Below are positions 57,917 to 64,000 of a stretch of DNA of 64,000 nucleotides, piece after piece. How positions within the stretch are numbered: the first letter of the stretch is position 1; each line of letters opens with the position of its first letter. The DNA comes from Candidatus Nomurabacteria bacterium RIFCSPHIGHO2_01_FULL_37_25. Lineage in GTDB: Bacteria > Patescibacteriota > Minisyncoccia > Phycocordibacterales > UBA9973. The notes beneath the pieces were generated by a model that did not search any database, was not told where the DNA came from, and worked only from the letters and a program-made list of their open reading frames with translations. Where the stretch lies: positions 1,548 to 65,547 of the forward strand of contig MFTH01000015.1 of NCBI GenBank assembly GCA_001786765.1, written 5' to 3'. The position numbers and the translations under genes were made by a program.

Positions 57917-59626
57917 TTATTTGAAATATTCAGGAGTATTAATAGACATCCAATCCAGCAATTGACGCATTATAGATGAAGCGCTAGCCCCACCTGAGGG
58001 TCCGGATTCCATTAATATTGTAAAAGCGTATTTTGGATTTTCATACGGAAAAAAACCTATCACCCAGGAGTTCACTCTCTTTCTGGCGACTCCAAGTTCA
58101 GCTGTGCCTGTTTTAGCAGCAACCTTTACATAAGGCACATTAAGAGCTACCGCAGTGCCATAAGTGACTGCTTGTCGCATACCATCATGCACTATGTCAA
58201 AATATTCTTTTTTTATATTTTCAATTTGATTTTTCTCTTCCATTTTTTTATCACCTAAAATAAAATGCGGGGTAACGAGCGCGCCATAATTAGCGATTGC
58301 TGATACTGCTCTCACTATACCTATTGGAGTAACTTGAAACCCATACTGCCCAATAGAGGTATGATATGTATTCCCAATACGCCAAGGATCACCTGGAAAA
58401 TTTTTTATTTTCCATTCTGGACTTGGAATAACACCCTGCTTTTCACTCGATAAGTCAACTCCCGTCGCCTCTCCGATACCAAAAAGTTTGGCATATTTTT
58501 CAATATTCATAATCCCAAGACCTTTTTGGTCTCCAAAACCCCCTCCAATGCTATAAAAATACACGTCAGAAGAAACAGCTATGGCTTCCGTCATATTTGT
58601 CCAGCCATTTACTCTCCAATCTTTAAAAATAGTTTTCTGATCTGGAAAATAAGGATTCGGAATTGAAATAGAACCAGTTGAAAGAATTTCCTTGTATTGG
58701 TCAATCACACCTTCTGTCAAAGCGCCTAAGCTTAAAAATGGTTTTATAATCGAACCTGGAGTATAAAGCCCCGATATATTTCTATCTAAAAAAAACTTTC
58801 TTTTATCTGTTATATAATTATTAATTATATCTGCATCTTTACCTAAAGATAAAATCTCAGAATCATATTCCGGGAAACTGGTAGAAACTATAATCTCTCC
58901 ATTTTGAATATCCATTAATACCGCTCCCCCGCCTAAAAATCCACTGCGTTGTGATAAATCTTTAATCAAAGTAAATAACTCCATTTGAATTCGTGAATCA
59001 ATGGTTGTTGTTAAATCATTGCCAACCTTTGGAGTATTGATAATATTTTCAGAATGCACAATCCCTCTTGCGTCTGTTTCTATTATTTTTGAACCATTCT
59101 CACCGCTAATCTTTTCATTGTATTGTTTTTCTAATCCAGCTTTACCTATAAATTCGTTTTGCCAATAATTCCCTGAGCTATCTTTGGCTGGATAACTAAT
59201 ATAACCAAGAACATGAGAAAATCCGGGTGATAAATAAGAGCGTGTATATAAGCTAGATGGGTCATCATTTTTTTTATTCCAAACTAATTTTTCTTTATTT
59301 CTATCATAAATCATCCCTCTTTCGGCAAAAATATTTATTTTTTTAAGAATATTATTTTCACTTCTTTTTCTATAAGAATCTCCATTTTGTACTTGAAGAT
59401 TTATCAAACGAATACTAAATATAGATATTATCAATATAAAAAAAATACCGAGATAATTTATTGTTTTCTTAGAGATTGCTTTTTCTATTCTGCCTTCAAA
59501 CTGTTGCGTGTTAAAATTTTCTAAATTTTTTGAATCAAGAAAAATTTCATCCGGTTCCATAAAAGTATTTTTAATTTTATTTACCCCTCTATAATGGCGG
59601 TTTTTTGTAAATTTTTGAAAAATCAT
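57917..59626 (-). CDS. mrdA: penicillin-binding protein 2 (peptidoglycan D,D-transpeptidase)
   Basis: SIIKP (SxxK), SSD (SxN), KTGTAE (KTG) motifs; N-terminal TM plus dimerisation domain. Confidence 0.85.
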   Translation of the reverse strand: MIFQKFTKNRHYRGVNKIKNTFMEPDEIFLDSKNLENFNTQQFEGRIEKAISKKTINYLGIFFILIISIFSIRLINLQVQNGDSYRKRSENNILKKINIFAERGMIYDRNKEKLVWNKKNDDPSSLYTRSYLSPGFSHVLGYISYPAKDSSGNYWQNEFIGKAGLEKQYNEKISGENGSKIIETDARGIVHSENIINTPKVGNDLTTTIDSRIQMELFTLIKDLSQRSGFLGGGAVLMDIQNGEIIVSTSFPEYDSEILSLGKDADIINNYITDKRKFFLDRNISGLYTPGSIIKPFLSLGALTEGVIDQYKEILSTGSISIPNPYFPDQKTIFKDWRVNGWTNMTEAIAVSSDVYFYSIGGGFGDQKGLGIMNIEKYAKLFGIGEATGVDLSSEKQGVIPSPEWKIKNFPGDPWRIGNTYHTSIGQYGFQVTPIGIVRAVSAIANYGALVTPHFILGDKKMEEKNQIENIKKEYFDIVHDGMRQAVTYGTAVALNVPYVKVAAKTGTAELGVARKRVNSWVIGFFPYENPKYAFTILMESGPSGGASASSIMRQLLDWMSINTPEYFK

Positions 59627-59631
59627 TTTCT

Positions 59632-59907
59632 TTATTTTGAGTGAAATCTTAATTTCTTTTTTAATAATTCTAAAATTATAAAACAGATAAGCATCAGACT
59701 TAGAGAAACAAAAACTATATTAAAAAGATATGATTCAGGCGCTCCATAAAGCAAATCTGACAGGAAAAATAAGAAAACAGCTTCTAGAAAAAATGAAAAA
59801 TATGCCATACTCGCAAATGCCAAAACGAGAGACAGCCAAAGAGGCATAAAAAGTATTGAGAAAAACAGAAAAATAGAAGCCAAAACTCTAAGTGTTACTT
59901 TTGACAT
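59632..59907 (-). CDS. small polytopic membrane protein, possibly MreD-like
   Basis: 91 aa hydrophobic; position immediately upstream of PBP2. Confidence 0.3.
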   Translation of the reverse strand: MSKVTLRVLASIFLFFSILFMPLWLSLVLAFASMAYFSFFLEAVFLFFLSDLLYGAPESYLFNIVFVSLSLMLICFIILELLKKKLRFHSK

Positions 59908-59916
59908 GCTTTTATA

Positions 59917-61332
59917 TTACCTTGAAGCAAGCTTGGAAGCTAGACCAGTATAGTTCTCTGGAGTTATTTTCAACAATTCTTTTTTTATTTTATCACTGAC
60001 GGACAAATCATTTATAAATTTATGAATCTCCACAAGTGTCACCCTTTTACCCCGAGTTAATTCCTTTAATTTCTCATACGGCATAGCTACTTTCTCGCGT
60101 CGGAGAATAGTCTGGATAGCTTCAGTGATAACTTCTGGATGATTATCTAAATCTTGTTTTACGATATTTTCATCCACAGTAATTCCAGCTAATCCTTTTA
60201 ATAAATTTTTATAGGCCACCAAACAATGTCCAAAAGCGGACCCAAAGTTTCTCTCCACCGTAGAATCAGAAAGATCGCGCTGAAGTCTAGAGATTGGTAA
60301 TTTGCGAGCAAAAAACTCAAAAAGCGCGTTGGCTAAGCCTAGATTGCCTTCGCTATTCTCAAACTTAATCGGATTTATTTTATGAGGCATAGTTGAAGAA
60401 CCGACGGCATCCTTTATAAATTTTTGCGTAATCCATCCATCGCTAATATACCGCCAGATATCTTGATTGAAATCAATCAAGATAGTGTTAATTCTGCGTA
60501 AATTATCAAAGATTTCCACTTCACTATCATGAGGGTCGATTTGCGTTGCCGTAAGATTTAATTCAAGTTCTATATTCCTGTTTGTGTTTAATTTTTTAAT
60601 AAAATTTTTAGCAAAAAAAATCCAATCAATTTTTGGAAAAGCAACTATGTGAGCATTGAAGTTCCCTGAAGCGCCACTAAATTTAACAGAAATTTTCTGA
60701 CTCTTTAATTTAATAAGTTGTTTTTTTAGTCTTTCGCTAAAGACTTTGAATTCCTTGCCAAAAGTGGTCGGAGACGCAGGCTGACCGTGCGTGCGCGCGA
60801 GCATTGGCAACCCACTGTATTTTTTTGCAAAGTTATCTATTTTTTTTATGATATGTTCAATTTCGGGTACAATTATTTTTGTTAAAACATCACTTAGCAT
60901 CATACCCCTTGCCAGAGTGTTTGTGTCATAAGAAGTTAAAGCAAAATGTATCCATTCTGAAATATCTACTAAGCTCGTCTTAGACAACTTATATTTTATA
61001 TAATATTCTATTGCTTTTACATCGTGGTCGGTGGCCTTGAAATTTTTGTATCCTTTAATTTCTATATCAGAAATAATTTGCGCGTCTTTTTCTGATAAGT
61101 TGTACAAAGATCTAATTAAACTTTTTTCTTTGTCAGAAAATTTCTTAAGCAGTTTTATATCTGAAAGAGCTATAAGATATTCGCTTTCTACGATGATGCG
61201 ATACTTCATCAACGCCATTTCGCTAAAGTACATACTCAGAACTTCAGTATATTTCTTATAACGTCCGTCTATTGGTGAAATTGAGTTTAATGAATTTGCC
61301 ATGATTTTCTCTATTTTTGAATTACTATTCAT
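59917..61332 (-). CDS. purB: adenylosuccinate lyase
   Basis: Fumarate-lyase family signature GSSTMPHKINP; long-form PurB. Confidence 0.85.
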   Translation of the reverse strand: MNSNSKIEKIMANSLNSISPIDGRYKKYTEVLSMYFSEMALMKYRIIVESEYLIALSDIKLLKKFSDKEKSLIRSLYNLSEKDAQIISDIEIKGYKNFKATDHDVKAIEYYIKYKLSKTSLVDISEWIHFALTSYDTNTLARGMMLSDVLTKIIVPEIEHIIKKIDNFAKKYSGLPMLARTHGQPASPTTFGKEFKVFSERLKKQLIKLKSQKISVKFSGASGNFNAHIVAFPKIDWIFFAKNFIKKLNTNRNIELELNLTATQIDPHDSEVEIFDNLRRINTILIDFNQDIWRYISDGWITQKFIKDAVGSSTMPHKINPIKFENSEGNLGLANALFEFFARKLPISRLQRDLSDSTVERNFGSAFGHCLVAYKNLLKGLAGITVDENIVKQDLDNHPEVITEAIQTILRREKVAMPYEKLKELTRGKRVTLVEIHKFINDLSVSDKIKKELLKITPENYTGLASKLASR

Positions 61333-62263
61333 TTAAATTATATTTTTTTAAATTATTTTCAATTCTTTTTTCAATATCTCCTATTTCTATTTTAAAAGGC
61401 TCTCCAGTAATTTGCTCGCAAATTCTGACATATCTGCTAGAAAGTTCCATTACCATATTAAATGGAGCTTCTGGGAGTTTTTCATTTTTATATGGATCGC
61501 AATTGTCCCTAAACCATAAACGCAGAAATTCTTTATCAAAATTTTCTGGTTCTAGTCCCTCGTCTATTCGCTTTTGATATGAGCTAGCTTGCCAATAACG
61601 GGAAGAGTCCGGAGTGTGAATCTCATCTATGAGCATAATTTCTCTTTCTGGTGTAAGTCCAAATTCATATTTAGTATCCACTAAAATTAATCCCCTTTTC
61701 AAAGCGACCTCTTGCCCTCTCTCAAAAAGTTTCAAAGCAATCTGGCAAACTTTTTGCCAAATTGCTGGTTCCATAAACTTTTCTTCTATCACCATTTTAC
61801 TAGTTAGATTTCTGTCATGCATTTCATGTTTTGTAGTTGGAGTGATGACAGGTTTATCTAATTTTTGATTTTTTTTCATTCCCTCGGGTAAAACAAAATC
61901 TCCAAAATCTCTCTGACCTTTTTGATAATTCACCCAAAGAGAAGTGGAAGTCACTCCAGTAATATACCCCCGCACCACCATCTCCACGGGAAGCACCGCG
62001 CATTTTTTACCCACCACCACATTCGGATCTGGAAAATCTATCACATGATTCGACACAATGTCGCGCGTTTGTTCAAACCAGAATTTACTAGTCTGTGTTA
62101 GAACTTGTCCCTTGTATGGTATCAACGCGAGATTGCGATCAAAAGCCGAATATCTATCAGTTGAAACCATAATTATCTTGTCTTTCTGTATATAGACATC
62201 CCTCACCTTGCCAGTATATTTTTCCCCGAGATTTTTAAAATTTGTTTTTTCTAGAATATTCAT
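61325..62263 (-). CDS. purC: SAICAR synthetase
   Basis: YTGKVRDVY...MVSTDRYSAFD N-terminal signature. Confidence 0.85.
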   Translation of the reverse strand: MNILEKTNFKNLGEKYTGKVRDVYIQKDKIIMVSTDRYSAFDRNLALIPYKGQVLTQTSKFWFEQTRDIVSNHVIDFPDPNVVVGKKCAVLPVEMVVRGYITGVTSTSLWVNYQKGQRDFGDFVLPEGMKKNQKLDKPVITPTTKHEMHDRNLTSKMVIEEKFMEPAIWQKVCQIALKLFERGQEVALKRGLILVDTKYEFGLTPEREIMLIDEIHTPDSSRYWQASSYQKRIDEGLEPENFDKEFLRLWFRDNCDPYKNEKLPEAPFNMVMELSSRYVRICEQITGEPFKIEIGDIEKRIENNLKKYNLNE

Positions 62264-62284
62264 CTTATAAAAAATTAAAAATAA

Positions 62285-63406
62285 TTATTTTCCCGGCGGT
62301 GTAAGAATTATTTTTTCCGGTTCAAATATAACTTGCCGTTTACCTGCCTCTACAATACCGATATCCGCAAGAGTATACCCGCTATTTTTGCCTATTTTCA
62401 GTATTTTAGCAACTTCTTCTCTTGGCGCAAAAATATAATACCCTACTCCCCAATTAAAAGTTTTTAAACAATCTTCTATAGGAATGCCAATTTTTTTATG
62501 AAAATATTCCATAAGCGGCGGAACCGAAAGCCATGAATGAATTCTGTATGTGAATGGTCTTTTGTCAAAAGCTATTTTCCCCACACCATCGCCTGTGCCA
62601 GGCAGTAATGCATGAATCTTTATTTTGTTTTTTAATAATGACTCAACGAGCTTTACATATGAACGAGTAGGGATGAGGGCTTCTGCGCCAATAGTATTTC
62701 CATTTGCTAATTTTGTTAGAAATTGTTTTGGAAGTTCAAGAGATTTTTTAATAACTAAACTTATACCGTTTGCATGAAGCCCAGATGATGCTACGCCAAT
62801 AATATGGTCACCAACGGCTAAATCTTGTCCGGTAATTAAATTTTCTTTTGGCGCAACAAGACCGGTAACTGAACCACTCAAGCTGGCTATTTCCTTGACA
62901 GGACTTTTGGGATTAATTAAATATGTAACACTCGCGGACTCTCCAGCTGGCAATGCCATGCCTACTTCTTTACAGATTTTCAAAAATCCATTTGCAAAAT
63001 CTTTTGACCTTTTTTTATCTCCATACCAATCGCTTCGACTTGCTTCCAGTTGGTCAGTAAAAACTACCGGCATAGCGCCTTGAGCAATGACGTCGTTCAC
63101 CACAATGAGCGCAGTATCAATAGCGATAGAATCATAATAAGATTTACCGGTTTTCTGATACATCCATTCCGCAATCCAATTTTTATTACCGAGGTCTTCC
63201 TGAGTTTGGCACCAGATATGACTTTTTCCTCCGCGGTATTCAAATACTGCGCCATGCGCGTGTGTTGCGTCTTTATTAATGAACACGCCTCTTTTATTTG
63301 GAAACTTTAAAGTTTTTTTTCCCGCTGTGATCATTGCCATTTTGAATGGCTCCATAACAGTATAATCTACCCCCGCCTTTGCATACTCGCTTTTTTTATT
63401 GCTCAT
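62285..63406 (-). CDS. purM: AIR synthetase-family protein (PurM-like)
   Basis: AGVDY, DTALIVVNDVIAQGAMPV, SSGLHANGISLV resemble PurM motifs. Confidence 0.6.
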   Translation of the reverse strand: MSNKKSEYAKAGVDYTVMEPFKMAMITAGKKTLKFPNKRGVFINKDATHAHGAVFEYRGGKSHIWCQTQEDLGNKNWIAEWMYQKTGKSYYDSIAIDTALIVVNDVIAQGAMPVVFTDQLEASRSDWYGDKKRSKDFANGFLKICKEVGMALPAGESASVTYLINPKSPVKEIASLSGSVTGLVAPKENLITGQDLAVGDHIIGVASSGLHANGISLVIKKSLELPKQFLTKLANGNTIGAEALIPTRSYVKLVESLLKNKIKIHALLPGTGDGVGKIAFDKRPFTYRIHSWLSVPPLMEYFHKKIGIPIEDCLKTFNWGVGYYIFAPREEVAKILKIGKNSGYTLADIGIVEAGKRQVIFEPEKIILTPPGK

Positions 63407-63927
63407 TATTTATTTTCCAAGTATTTTTTAAATCCAATTTTTAGAAGTTTTTCTCCTTTAATTTTATTATCTTCTTCTAGCTTTTTTTTATAAATAATCA
63501 TTTTATTTTCTAAACTTTTGTCACTTATCGCAAGTATTTGCAGAGCTAAGATTCCAGCATTTTTCGCCGCATTTATTCCGACGGTTGCGACCGGCACTCC
63601 GGGAGGCATTCCCACAGTTGAGAGCAAGGAATCAAGTCCGTCTAAAGTTTTTGCTTTTGTTGGTACCCCAATAATAGGGAGAGTCGTGAGAGATGCTGCC
63701 ACCCCTGCCAAATGCGCCGCTCCGCCGGCGCCCGCTATAATAATTTTAATTCCTCTGTTTTTAGCATTAGTTACATATTTGCGCGCCAATTCTGAACTTC
63801 GATGCGCAGAAGCGACTGTCATTTCGTAAAATACGCCAAATTCCTCAAGTATTTTTGCCGCTTCAGACATTACTTCTAAATCTGAATCTGAACCCATAAT
63901 TATTCCAACTTTAATGTCTTTTTTCAT
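63406..63927 (-). CDS. purE: N5-CAIR mutase PurE
   Basis: [11 protein letters not shown]...AGGAAHLAG signature. Confidence 0.9.
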   Translation of the reverse strand: MKKDIKVGIIMGSDSDLEVMSEAAKILEEFGVFYEMTVASAHRSSELARKYVTNAKNRGIKIIIAGAGGAAHLAGVAASLTTLPIIGVPTKAKTLDGLDSLLSTVGMPPGVPVATVGINAAKNAGILALQILAISDKSLENKMIIYKKKLEEDNKIKGEKLLKIGFKKYLENK

Positions 63928-63977
63928 TATTTTATCTTAGCATTATTTTGATATAAAACAATAACAAACTTTCAATC

Positions 63978-64000
63978 ACGAAACTCTAAAAATATAACTT
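63978..64000 (+). repeat. probable start of another Family B element (atcacgaaactct...) running off the window
   Basis: Matches the acgaaactc terminus shared by B1/B3/B4. Confidence 0.3.

Overview
The window is AT-rich (roughly one-third GC) and is a densely packed, mostly housekeeping stretch of a small bacterial genome. It looks like a CPR/Patescibacteria-type organism: short AlaS, archaeal-type AspRS, minimal operons. This lineage call is an inference from gene content, not a search result. The clear conserved content is as follows. The ribosomal alpha-operon infA-rpmJ-rpsM-rpsK-rpsD-rpoA-rplQ is present, plus rplM-rpsI, rplU, rpmA and rplI. The chaperone genes grpE-dnaK and dnaJ are present, but split by a 6.8-kb island. 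Aminoacyl-tRNA synthetases alaS, cysS, trpS, aspS and gltX are present. Also present are mnmA, recR, dnaB, scpAB, the cell-wall genes mraY-ftsW-murG and a PBP2 homologue, the purine genes purE/M/C/B, the protease genes pepN and ctpA, phzF-like, PCD, and an ArsR and two TrpR-family regulators. No rRNA, tRNA or CRISPR was seen. Five things stand out beyond this. First, a co-directional minus-strand cluster (51.2-57.7 kb) encodes a SipW-type signal peptidase, two TasA/camelysin-like proteins with SipW-cognate signal peptides, and an 829-aa beta-helix plus lamin-tail-domain protein with the same kind of signal peptide. A C-terminally anchored surface protein is also part of this cluster. Together these look like a candidate extracellular fibre/adhesin system. 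Second, an island inserted between dnaK and dnaJ carries a RelE/ParE toxin-antitoxin pair, two paralogous soluble T4CP/TrwB-like ATPases, and a 593-aa protein with multiple zinc ribbons. Third, three families of short repeats occur: (A) roughly 120-bp palindromic elements with termini ATCCCGTTAGAAG...CTTCTAACGGGAT that sit exactly on start codons in 5 of 5 copies; (B) a roughly 135-bp MITE-like element (5 copies, some truncated); (C) GC-rich mini-palindromes inserted in frame inside conserved genes (mnmA twice, rpsI, scpB, recR and a T4CP-like ATPase), reminiscent of Rickettsia RPEs. Fourth, a roughly 650-bp high-GC (around 60%) foreign segment sits next to a truncated B element. Fifth, a 2.5-kb accessory region after trpS carries a TrpR-like gene flanked by ACTAGT palindromes, several strongly terminated small Cys-rich peptide genes, a duplicated structured leader and a rhuM fragment. 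All calls rest on reading the translations and the nucleotide sequence by eye; no database searches were run.
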